From positions 1-38,265 of IMG/VR virus record IMGVR_UViG_3300035491_000097: a stretch of DNA of 38,265 bases. One strand, 5' to 3'. Numbering within the stretch: the stretch's first letter is position 1; each line of letters starts with the position of its first letter. Source of the DNA: a virus. Lineage: Duplodnaviria > Caudoviricetes. The position numbers and the translations under genes were made by a program. The notes under the pieces were generated by a model that saw only the letters and a list, made by a program, of their open reading frames with translations, was not told the DNA's origin and did no database searches. Positions 16,246 to 24,333 of the stretch are shown here, piece by piece.

Positions 16246-16482
16246 TCAGCCGACGCGGTACTCGGCCGGCAGGTGCCGGCGCTGCCGCTCGGCCTCGTAT
16301 GACGTGCGGCAGTGGTCGCGGTCCCAGAAAAACAGCCGGTCGATGCGGCGCCAGGCGTTGGACTGGGCGCGCAGGCGCCAGGCGCGGGCGCTCAGGGTTT
16401 CGTCGGCGTAGCCGAAGCCGTCGCCCTTGATCCAGACGACGGTGTTGGCTACTTGGTCGATGGCGATCAGCAGCTGTTTCAT
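16246..16482 (-). CDS. Small phage protein of the tail-fibre region
   Basis: LIAIDQ..N..G.ADETLSARAWR..ID.LF..DHC..SY; ATGA-coupled to the upstream gene. Confidence 0.75.
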   Translation of the reverse strand: MKQLLIAIDQVANTVVWIKGDGFGYADETLSARAWRLRAQSNAWRRIDRLFFWDRDHCRTSYEAERQRRHLPAEYRVG

Positions 16483-17084
16483 GCCGGCGGCCCTGCGAGC
16501 AGCTCGCGCAGCGTCGGGATCGCGCCGACGGCGTCGGCGTCCTGCGCAGCCTCGAGCAGGTCTTCGATGCGCTGGCGCGCGCCGATGATGGCGCCGCTGG
16601 CCTGGGCGTAGGCGTCGGCTTTGGTGAGCACTCGCGCGGCGAGGTCGACGCGGTCGATGCCGCGTGCAGACGCCAGGGCGTCAAGCAGTGGCGTGGTGGC
16701 GGTCTCGTCGGCCTGGATGGCTTCGGCGTCCTTGACCTGCTGCGGCCACGAGCTCACCTCGCGTTCCGGGTAGCTGACAGACAGCGTGGCCAGCAGCTGG
16801 TCTGCATCGATGCGGGCCGCTGCTGCGCGTTCGGCGCGGGCGGCGTCGAGCTGCGCCGCTTCGCTGGCGGGCAGGTCCAGCGTGGCAAGCAATTCGGCTG
16901 CAGCGGCATCGCAGGCGGGCAGCTCCACAGGCTGGCCATGCGCCTGGACGCTGACGAAGTAGCCGCTCTCGCGGTACTCGGTCGGCACAGCCCATACGCG
17001 GATGGTGGCAGCCTGCGGCAGGTGCGGCAGCGGCTCGCTGTGGTCGCCGATGGTCAGGGTGTGGTTTTCGATTGTCGGGGTCAT
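16479..17084 (-). CDS. Probable tail fibre assembly chaperone
   Basis: YP..E..SW.QQ..A...TPLL.ALA.ARG....LA.RVL.KA..Y....G.IIG.RQ motif typical of genes following fibre genes. Confidence 0.7.
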   Translation of the reverse strand: MTPTIENHTLTIGDHSEPLPHLPQAATIRVWAVPTEYRESGYFVSVQAHGQPVELPACDAAAAELLATLDLPASEAAQLDAARAERAAAARIDADQLLATLSVSYPEREVSSWPQQVKDAEAIQADETATTPLLDALASARGIDRVDLAARVLTKADAYAQASGAIIGARQRIEDLLEAAQDADAVGAIPTLRELLAGPPA

Positions 17085-17087
17085 GAC

Positions 17088-18113
17088 TCAGCTCCGGGTC
17101 AGGGCGAATTCGTTCAGGATTGCAGCGGTGGTGTTGTGGGCATTGCAGTGCTTGGCGTAGGCCAGGTAGCTCATCAGGCGGGCGCGTGCGCGGTCGGCGT
17201 CGAGCACGCCTGCGCCGTACAGCACGCGGGTGCGGGCGAGCAGTTTGCGGGCGCGCTTGATGTTGCGTTTGCGCGGTAACCGGTGGGTGGCCCAGGTGCG
17301 GTAGCCGCAGAAGTCCACGCCACAGGGCGCCGGCAGGATGCAGGTCTTGGGGTTGAGCCGAAGGCCTAGGCGCGTGACTTCGTCCTCCAGGGCGACGAGC
17401 GTGGCGTGGGCGGCCTGCTTGGTCGGCAGGACGATCACGGTGTCATCCATGTAGCGCACGTAGCGGCCCACGCCGCAGTGGTCGATCATGTGGTGGTCCA
17501 GCTGGTCGAGCAGCACGTTCGCCGATAGCTGGCTGGTCAGGGCGCCGACGGGCAGGCCCAGGCCGTCGGCGTGGCCGTAGCCGCGGGCGATGGCGCGCCA
17601 CAGCGCCAGGGTGCGCGGGCAGCTGATCACCCGGCGGATGGCGGCGAACAGCACGTCGTGGTCGATGCTGGCGAAGTAGCTCTTGATGTCGGCCTTGATG
17701 AGGTACGGCTTGGTGCTCTCGCGCTGGGCGGCCCGAATCATCTGCTGCACGGCGCGGCAGGCGCGCTGTGAGCCCTTGCCGGCGCGGCAGGCGTAGCTGT
17801 GATGGATGAAGCGGCGCTCGAACAGCGGCTCCACCACCCGCACCAGGGCGTGGTGCACGATGCGATCGGCAAACGGCGGCGCCTGGATGTCGCGCAGTTT
17901 GGGCTCGTGCACACGGAACTCGCGCGCCCTGCCCGGCCGCCAGCTGCCCCATACCAGATGGTTGTGGATGTTGAGCAGGTTTTCCTCAAGGTTGATCGAG
18001 AACAGCGCCACCTCGCGGCGATACCGCTTGCCCCGGCGAGCGGCCAGGTAGGCCGCCATCAGGTTGTCGAAGTCCGCGATCTGGTCGTACAGGTGTGCAT
18101 GCGTGATCGGCAC
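17088..18113 (-). CDS. DGR reverse transcriptase (341 aa from GTG 18113)
   Basis: EPK.R.I.APPF.DRIVH, K.DI..YF.SIDH, GLPVGALTSQ (DGR-type SQ), YVRYMDD, G.DFCGY; AAGGAGGG RBS; no maturase or endonuclease domain. Confidence 0.95.
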   Translation of the reverse strand: MPITHAHLYDQIADFDNLMAAYLAARRGKRYRREVALFSINLEENLLNIHNHLVWGSWRPGRAREFRVHEPKLRDIQAPPFADRIVHHALVRVVEPLFERRFIHHSYACRAGKGSQRACRAVQQMIRAAQRESTKPYLIKADIKSYFASIDHDVLFAAIRRVISCPRTLALWRAIARGYGHADGLGLPVGALTSQLSANVLLDQLDHHMIDHCGVGRYVRYMDDTVIVLPTKQAAHATLVALEDEVTRLGLRLNPKTCILPAPCGVDFCGYRTWATHRLPRKRNIKRARKLLARTRVLYGAGVLDADRARARLMSYLAYAKHCNAHNTTAAILNEFALTRS

Positions 18114-18272
18114 GCTCCCTCCTTGTTGAGGCCGGTGGCCACGTTCGGCCCTCGTGGCGCTACTTGCCGCCACCGGCAGTTGATCTTCGGCGCAAAGCGC
18201 CAGGACAGACGCCCCGAAGGAAAGGCGCTGGAAGGCAGCCCGTGGGCTGCCAGCTTCTGGCCGTGTCATTCG

Positions 18273-18393
18273 TTCGCCAGGCGGGCACCGATGTTGCTGT
18301 TCGTGTTCGACGCCGAGTTGTTGACGTTGACATACCACAGCCCCGCATTCGCGGCGTTGTTCCAATTGCCGCCCACGATCGGGAAGTACTCGC
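18273..18393 (-). repeat. DGR template repeat (TR)
   Basis: 121 bp, 111/121 identical to 18817-18937; ten AAY codons when read in the VR frame. Confidence 0.97.
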
Positions 18394-18415
18394 ACTATTG
18401 AGCGTCTGCCCTTGC

Positions 18416-18808
18416 TCATTTCTGCGCCGCCTTCAGCCAGCCGCCCACCATCCGCCCGATCTGGCCGACATGCTCGGACCAGACCTGGTAGCGGTGGGCG
18501 TTGATGTATTGCAGGCGCAGGCTCTTGCGAATCCAGCCGCGGAGCACCTCGATCTCGACGTCGAGATCATTGAGGGTGCTCTGCTTGTGGTATCGCTTCC
18601 AGGCAGTGATGGTCAGGCGCTGGATCTTGTTCAGCGACTGGCGGATCTCCGCGCACAACAGGTGTCGCTCGAGCTTGGGGTACTGCAGGAGTGCCGCATG
18701 GCTGTACCCCTCCAGATCCTCGAGCCGAGCGAGCAGCTGCGCGTAGTGATGCGCCGCGCCAATCGGCGGGCTCCCGCCCGCCTGCTCATGACTCAAGAGG
18801 CCAGACAC
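18416..18808 (-). CDS. avd: DGR accessory variability determinant
   Basis: About 130 aa basic helical protein; YPK.ER..L..IR, K...L..LD.E...LR, IGRMVGGWLK; start (GTG 18808) inferred. Confidence 0.9.
   Translation of the reverse strand: MSGLLSHEQAGGSPPIGAAHHYAQLLARLEDLEGYSHAALLQYPKLERHLLCAEIRQSLNKIQRLTITAWKRYHKQSTLNDLDVEIEVLRGWIRKSLRLQYINAHRYQVWSEHVGQIGRMVGGWLKAAQK
18765..18782 (-). promoter_or_regulatory. DGR target-recognition hairpin downstream of VR
   Basis: GGCGGGC-GGGA-GCCCGCC: 7-bp GC stem with GRNA-type loop, about 27 nt past the target stop codon. Confidence 0.8.
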
Positions 18809-18809
18809 G

Positions 18810-21335
18810 TCACACCTTCGCCAGGCGGGCACCGATGTAGCCGTTCGTGTCCGACGCCGAGTAGCTGACGTTGACACACCACAGCCCCGCATTCGCGGCG
18901 GCGTTCCAATAGCCGCCCACGAACGGGAAGTACTCGCCCGTCGTCGACATGTATTGCTGGTCCGGCGCCGTAGCGTTGCTATTGCTGGTCGGGCCGGTGT
19001 CGCCGAGGAACACGTCCTCCAGATCCCAGCCAGCACCGGTGCCATCCATGAAGGTGGCCGGGTAGATCGACCCCGTTGCAGCTGCGCGTGCCTTGGTGCT
19101 GACCCAGCTCTTGTTGCCGTTCTGGTCCCACAGGTTGACCACGCCGTTGACCGTCTTGAGCCCGTCCATCCACTGGTACACGTTGCCCCACAGCCCGACG
19201 ATGCCACGGTAAGTCGCCTGGGCGACGTCGGTGGCGTCGACGTTGGCGGCGGAGCTGGCGTTGACGCGGCCCTGGCCGGTCTTTGTCTGGCTGTGCATGG
19301 TCGCGTTCTCGACCAGGTAGAGCCACTGAATCGCCGACCAGTGGAACGCGCTCCACAGCATGAAGCCGGTCACGCCGCTGACGTTGCGGGCATTCGCGTC
19401 GGCGATGAATTGCGTCAGGGAGCGGCTGACGGCAGGCAGCACGCCCGGCACAGAGGCGAGCTTGGTGCTCTGCATGCTGCCCTGGTACTTGCCGACGTAA
19501 ATCTGCTCGATATCCGCGCCGGCATGGCGGAAAGCCGGGTGGCGGCGGTAGCCCGCAAGCGGCTGGTCGCTGACCCACCAGGCTTCCTTGCCTGCGTTGG
19601 CGCCGGAGGCGATCAGGGCGCGGCGGATGAAGAACGCCGGGATGCGCACCATCGCTTGCCCGTCAATGGTCACATCCTGAATGCCTCCGAACACCGGGTG
19701 GGCGTTGAAGTAGGCCGTGCCGGGTGCGGTGACGGTCGCGCCGTCCGCATCCACATAGGCCCAGGTGCCGCCATCGCCGCCGGTGGTGATCAGCGCCACG
19801 CCCGCGACATTGGCGAAGGCTTGCTTGGTGGTGATCTTCACCTCGCTGGAGTATTCGGACCAGCCGCGCGTTGCGCCCTTGTGGCGGGAGCGCAGGTAGT
19901 AGACGTTCTGGCCCGCCTGCAGCACGCCGGCCGGCAGGGTGCGCGACAGTTTGTTGGTGGTGTCTTCGCCGGAATCCCACAGCGGTGCCGCCCAGGTGCC
20001 GGCGGATGCGCGCACCTGCCACTGGCTGGCGGCGTGCGTATCGCTGCCGCCGACCACCGCAAAGGCTCCGGTCTGCAGGGTTGGGGTTTCGCCGATGTCG
20101 GTGGCGTTGTTGGCCGGGGCTACCAGCGAAGGCGCGGCGACGTAGGCGAAGCTCGCAGCAGTGGTGAAGCTGCTTGCGGCGGACCAGTCGGACCACAGGC
20201 CGGAGGCGTCCTGCACGCGGCCGCGGACGTGGTACTGCGTGCCGGTGTTGAGAATGCTGGCTGGCAGGGTGTACGACAGGCCGGCAGGGAGCGCGCCGGA
20301 GTCATGGGTGACCGTGGTGAAGGTCGCGCCTGTCGAGACCTGGAACTGCAGGCCTGCCTGCGGCGTGCCGCCGGGGCTGGTGTAGCTGGCAATCGCCAGG
20401 GTCGGGCGCTCGAAGATGCCGGTGGCGCCGTTCGCGGGGGAGCTGATCGCCGGGGCGCTCGGGCGCATGGCTGGGTTTGTGAAGCCGCCGAGGCCGGTGG
20501 CGGCCGAGATCGCCACGATGTGGCGCACAGTCATCGGCTCGCCTTCGATGTCCAGCCGCAGGGAGCCATCGCCGCGCATCGGCAGGATGTACTCGTAATC
20601 GGCGAAGCCGGCCGGGATGTCGCCACCCTGGCGGCGGACAGACCAGGCGCGCTCGGTCCAACTGGCGTGGTACTGGTCGCGGAAGTACAGGCGGGCCTCG
20701 CCACTGTTCAGGCTGCGGCGGATGATGACCGCGCCACCCTCGATGTCCGCGCCGATGTTGATCGGGCGCGACAGCCAGATGTCGCCGACCACCCCCTCGG
20801 CGTAGGCGGCGCCCTGCTGGGCGAGCGAGCAGCGGGTCAGAACGCCGCCGGCAAAGCCGCGGGTCAGGTTGCTGGCGACGCGGATGCGATTTTCACTGAG
20901 GATCGTCACGCACTGGATCAGCAGCGAGCCCTCGGCGTCGGACAGCACATAGAACTCGCCCGGGCGCAGCTGGGCGGTGCTCTGCACGTCGACCGAGTCG
21001 TCACCGGAGACCGCCTGCAGGATCGGGGTATCGATGGCGTCGATCAGGGTGAAGCCCGGCGCCCACAGCTCGAACGCGATGCGGTTGTCGCGGTACAGCC
21101 AGTCGAGTGTCACGGCGCGCTGCACGGAAACGTTGCTGGTTTCTTCCAGCGAGCCCACGCGCGCTGCGACTTCGTCGACGCTGAGGCCGGTCGAAGCGAT
21201 GGCTTCCTTGAGCCAGACGTCGTTGTTGATGAGGGTCTGGTAGTTGGGGTTCCAGGTGTCGGGGTGCTTGGGATCGGTCGTTTCGAGCTGGCGGACGTGG
21301 TCCTGGTAGACGGGCGTGCCGGTGAGGTTGGCCAT
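18810..21335 (-). CDS. Tail fibre / receptor-binding protein, DGR target (two FN3/Ig-like repeats plus C-terminal CLec/FGE-type domain)
   Basis: Follows baseplate genes; repeats P.I.SPANGAT...PTL...Y.VR.R...G..WS.WS; YVGKY, GLWGNVYQW.DG, GG.W...IGARL. Confidence 0.9.
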   Translation of the reverse strand: MANLTGTPVYQDHVRQLETTDPKHPDTWNPNYQTLINNDVWLKEAIASTGLSVDEVAARVGSLEETSNVSVQRAVTLDWLYRDNRIAFELWAPGFTLIDAIDTPILQAVSGDDSVDVQSTAQLRPGEFYVLSDAEGSLLIQCVTILSENRIRVASNLTRGFAGGVLTRCSLAQQGAAYAEGVVGDIWLSRPINIGADIEGGAVIIRRSLNSGEARLYFRDQYHASWTERAWSVRRQGGDIPAGFADYEYILPMRGDGSLRLDIEGEPMTVRHIVAISAATGLGGFTNPAMRPSAPAISSPANGATGIFERPTLAIASYTSPGGTPQAGLQFQVSTGATFTTVTHDSGALPAGLSYTLPASILNTGTQYHVRGRVQDASGLWSDWSAASSFTTAASFAYVAAPSLVAPANNATDIGETPTLQTGAFAVVGGSDTHAASQWQVRASAGTWAAPLWDSGEDTTNKLSRTLPAGVLQAGQNVYYLRSRHKGATRGWSEYSSEVKITTKQAFANVAGVALITTGGDGGTWAYVDADGATVTAPGTAYFNAHPVFGGIQDVTIDGQAMVRIPAFFIRRALIASGANAGKEAWWVSDQPLAGYRRHPAFRHAGADIEQIYVGKYQGSMQSTKLASVPGVLPAVSRSLTQFIADANARNVSGVTGFMLWSAFHWSAIQWLYLVENATMHSQTKTGQGRVNASSAANVDATDVAQATYRGIVGLWGNVYQWMDGLKTVNGVVNLWDQNGNKSWVSTKARAAATGSIYPATFMDGTGAGWDLEDVFLGDTGPTSNSNATAPDQQYMSTTGEYFPFVGGYWNAAANAGLWCVNVSYSASDTNGYIGARLAKV
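18817..18937 (-). repeat. DGR variable repeat (VR) with GC-rich IMH end
   Basis: Encodes EYFPFVGGYWNAAANAGLWCVNVSYSASDTNGYIGARLA; ends GGTGCCCGCCTGGCGAA. Confidence 0.97.
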
Positions 21336-21343
21336 GGTGATCC

Positions 21344-21703
21344 TCAGTATTGGAAGGTGATTTCAAACTCGAGCTGGGTTTCCGGCTCGAGCGATTTCGG
21401 GGTCAGTACGCGGCGCCCCATCAGGGTGCCGTCCTCAGCGAACACGCCCACCTCGCGCAGGGTGTTGAGCCCTGCTGCTGCGCCAGACAGCACGCCCGCG
21501 ACGGTCAGCAGCGGCCCGGCGGTGGTGTTGGTGGTGGGCACGCGCAGCCATTCGCTCTGCAGGGCCGTGTCGGAGAGGGTGTAGGGCTGGTCTCCGGCGC
21601 CGAATGCGAGGTGTGCGGCGCGCGGCAGCGGCCCTCCCTGGGCCGCGGCAAGCGCGACTTTGCTGCGGTAGGCCGTGGTAGCGGCAATGGCGATCGTGCT
21701 CAC
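21344..21703 (-). CDS. Tail collar/fibre-attachment protein (DUF3751-like)
   Basis: AFG.G....DTAL.SE and LREVG.F..DGTL resemble the N-terminus of P2-type fibres. Confidence 0.7.
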   Translation of the reverse strand: MSTIAIAATTAYRSKVALAAAQGGPLPRAAHLAFGAGDQPYTLSDTALQSEWLRVPTTNTTAGPLLTVAGVLSGAAAGLNTLREVGVFAEDGTLMGRRVLTPKSLEPETQLEFEITFQY

Positions 21704-22794
21704 TGCAGAGGCTCCTGTATGACGGTTGAGCCACGGCGGATGCGGACGATGCCGCCGTGGTGGATGCAGGCCAGGCCGAGGCGGTAGCCGAGGTTGCTGG
21801 TCGCGTCGAGGGTGTCGTCCGGGCTGGTCAGACTCGGGTAATCGAGGGCGCCCTGCGCCAGGCTGCCGTAGCCGTCGAGCGTCTCGCCGGCGATGGTGTA
21901 GCGCCCGTCGAGGGCGCGGCTGTCGTCAAGCGTTTCGGCAGGCTCCGCTGTGTCGCCGCCGAAGCCGAAGGGGCCGAGCGCCACGGTGCCGCACAGGCGT
22001 ATTGCCAGCTGCCCGCCGTCGAGCGGCTCGCCTGTCGGGCGGTAGCCGTTCAGGGGTGAGGCGCCGTCTAGCGTCCCGAGGCCGTCGAGCGGCTCGGGCA
22101 GGTTCTCGCCGCCGATCAGATCGCAGCCGTCAAGCGTGTCGAAGCCCGGCACCGTGAAGCGGCGGCACTCGGCGAGGCGCACTCGCGCGCGGATACGGGC
22201 GCTGGCGAGGGTGATGTGCGAATCGAACTTCAGCAGCGCGGCGATGATCAGCGCGACCAACTGGCTGCGTGCAGGCGCGTAGGCATTGCAGATCGCAACG
22301 GCCTCGCGCTGGCGGGTGCGGCTCCACTCGACATCGCCGATATTCAGGCGCACCGCATATTCAGCCCAGCTGCGTGTCGTGAAGCGGAACTCGCCGCCGG
22401 GCGCAGCCAGGTCGCCATCCCCGTCGAGCGCGTCGAGGCCGTCGAGCAGGCCGCCGCCGGCGGCGAGCCAAGCTTCGTGCAGCTCGCGGTGCTCGACCAG
22501 CAGCGAGTCGGAATAGCCGGCGGCGGCGAGGGCCTGTTCCACGGCCCAGGGCGTGCCCTTCTTGCGGTGCCAGGCGATGCTGCCGGCGATGGTGGCGCGC
22601 TTGCGCTCCACCGGCCATGCGTCATCCCAGATGTCGACAGACAACGCCCAGGCCAGCCATGGCAGGTGCGTTTCGGGGCAGGTTGCCGGGTTCCATAGTG
22701 CGCGGATGGCATCGGGGTCGAGCGCGGCGAGGCTCATGCTCTCGGCCAGGGCGCGCTCGAGCTCTGTGCTGTTGGGGGGCAGCAGGCTAGACAT
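21700..22794 (-). CDS. P2 gpI-like baseplate protein with repetitive C-terminus
   Basis: SLLPPNST.LERAL, LWNP.TCP..LPWLAWALSVD.WD, H..KGT..AV..AL. Confidence 0.92.
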   Translation of the reverse strand: MSSLLPPNSTELERALAESMSLAALDPDAIRALWNPATCPETHLPWLAWALSVDIWDDAWPVERKRATIAGSIAWHRKKGTPWAVEQALAAAGYSDSLLVEHRELHEAWLAAGGGLLDGLDALDGDGDLAAPGGEFRFTTRSWAEYAVRLNIGDVEWSRTRQREAVAICNAYAPARSQLVALIIAALLKFDSHITLASARIRARVRLAECRRFTVPGFDTLDGCDLIGGENLPEPLDGLGTLDGASPLNGYRPTGEPLDGGQLAIRLCGTVALGPFGFGGDTAEPAETLDDSRALDGRYTIAGETLDGYGSLAQGALDYPSLTSPDDTLDATSNLGYRLGLACIHHGGIVRIRRGSTVIQEPLQ

Positions 22795-23668
22795 CGGTCA
22801 CGCTCCCTGCCTCGATGCTCAGCGCGGTCAGCAGTGGCGCCTGGGTGTCGTCGCAGGTGATGTCTGCGGACGGCTCGAACAGGTCGACGCGCTGGACGCC
22901 CGGTTGGTGCAGTGCGGCATAGATGCCAGACAGCGTGGCGTCGTAGCCCAGCCGGTGAATGCTGGCGGCGTAGGCCTGGGCAGCGATGCGGGCAGCATCG
23001 AGTACCGGGCCGGCTGAAGGGCCGGGGTAAAGGGTAAGGCGGGCGCGGATACCGAACGGGCGGATGGTGGCCGGCACGACCTCAACCGCGTCGTTGACGC
23101 TGCGCCGGTCACGCGCACCCAGGTAAGTGGCTGCAGCCTGCAGCAGCGCGTTCGACGGCGATCCATCGCCTTCGGCCGCCAGCAGCGCCACGCGCACCAC
23201 GCCCGGTGACGGGCGCAGCACCGCCGCATCCGCCACGCCAGCCACCGACAGCGCGTGGAAGCGATAGGCCTCGAAGGTGCCGCAGCTGGTGTAGCTCTCC
23301 GGTGCAAGCTGGACGCGGCGACGAAGGCTGGCGTCGGTCTCGTAGGTCGGCGGGATGGGCGGGCTCGCCGAAGGGTCGCCCGGGTCCGTCATCAGCCGCT
23401 CGACGCCGAAGGGGGCGGCGAGATGCGTGAGGTCGGCGTTGGTGGCGTAGGCGAGCATGACGGCGCGGGATGCGTCGTTGATGCGGGCGCGGAGTTGCAC
23501 TTCACGGTAGGCCGCAAGTTCGAGCAGCTTGATCGCCGGATCGGATTCGAGCAGGGCGCCGAAGTCCGGGTAGAGGCTGGCGAACTGGGCGGCTATGTCC
23601 TGGTAGATGGCCTCGTAGTCGAGGGCCTCGACAACGTCCGGCGGCGGCAGCTGCGACAGATCGATCAT
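22787..23668 (-). CDS. Baseplate J-like protein
   Basis: IDLSQLPPP.VVE.LDYE, LESDP..KLL...AYRE..LR.RIN. Confidence 0.95.
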   Translation of the reverse strand: MIDLSQLPPPDVVEALDYEAIYQDIAAQFASLYPDFGALLESDPAIKLLELAAYREVQLRARINDASRAVMLAYATNADLTHLAAPFGVERLMTDPGDPSASPPIPPTYETDASLRRRVQLAPESYTSCGTFEAYRFHALSVAGVADAAVLRPSPGVVRVALLAAEGDGSPSNALLQAAATYLGARDRRSVNDAVEVVPATIRPFGIRARLTLYPGPSAGPVLDAARIAAQAYAASIHRLGYDATLSGIYAALHQPGVQRVDLFEPSADITCDDTQAPLLTALSIEAGSVTDV

Positions 23669-24021
23669 AGGGTCAGGTCCAGGTTGACGGTGTTGCCGAG
23701 GTATTCACCGACCAGCACCATGCTGATGCGGCCGTTTTCGATCGAGACGACCTTGACGCTGCGCAGGCGGATGCGTGGCTCGCCGTACTCGCGGCCGGCT
23801 TCGTCCTTGCGCGAGGCCAGGGCGGCGGCGACTTCTGCCTGCACGGCCGAGATCCAGCCGCGCGTGACGGGCAGGTCGACCATGCGCGGCAGGTCGGAGC
23901 CGTACATCGGGCGCATGCGCCGTGAGCCGCGGGGCGTGCTGAGGATGTCGGCGATGCTCTGCTTGAGGTGGTCGAGGCCAGACATCTGCTGGCCGGTTTC
24001 GCGATTCATGCCGATTGCCAT
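23665..24021 (-). CDS. Baseplate wedge protein gpW/gp25
   Basis: GMNR.TG....HL.QSI.DIL.TP.GSR.MRP.YGS.L, EPRI. Confidence 0.93.
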   Translation of the reverse strand: MAIGMNRETGQQMSGLDHLKQSIADILSTPRGSRRMRPMYGSDLPRMVDLPVTRGWISAVQAEVAAALASRKDEAGREYGEPRIRLRSVKVVSIENGRISMVLVGEYLGNTVNLDLTL

Positions 24022-24028
24022 CACTGCC

Positions 24029-24319
24029 CTACCCTGCGAATACGTTTGGCGAGCCCTGCGCGATGCTGCTGCCGCAGGCGACGGGGTCGCCGATGCGACC
24101 CAGCGGCAGGCCGTTGACGAACACCGTGGCGCTGCCGGCGGCAAGCGTGCTGGCGTGGGTTTCCGGAATCGACGGGCAGGTGTGCGCTGCCCAGGTGTCG
24201 CCCTGGCGATGCGCCGGGATGCCGTTGATCATTACGTTCGGGCTGCCGCCGGTTGAGGCGCGCGGCGGCCAGCAGCCGTGCCCCGTGCAGGTGTCGCCCA
24301 GGCGCGCGGCTGCTGGCAT
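24029..24319 (-). CDS. PAAR-type spike tip protein
   Basis: AARLGD.C.GH, GS.NV.ING.PA.R.GD, GS.TVFVNG.P..RIGD..CGS. Confidence 0.9.
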   Translation of the reverse strand: MPAAARLGDTCTGHGCWPPRASTGGSPNVMINGIPAHRQGDTWAAHTCPSIPETHASTLAAGSATVFVNGLPLGRIGDPVACGSSIAQGSPNVFAG

Positions 24320-24333
24320 GACTCACCTCGTTA

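Larger units (their letters stand above)
17088..18937 (-). mobile_element. Diversity-generating retroelement (VR-hairpin-avd-TR-RT)
   Basis: All canonical parts present in BPP-1-like order; TR/VR differ only at TR adenines. Confidence 0.97.

Noticed and set aside
17088-18113. RT as a group II intron, retron or Abi RT
   Set aside because: Short length, GxxxSQ motif, no maturase/endonuclease domain, and adjacent avd with an adenine-specific TR/VR pair identify it as DGR-type
21788-21807. Possible second DGR target in the gpI C-terminus (GAC GCG ACC AGC AAC CTC GG versus TR AAC ACG AAC AGC AAC ATC GG)
   Set aside because: Only 20 nt is adenine-compatible; flanks mismatch at non-A positions and the IMH sequence is not conserved, so it is consistent with chance
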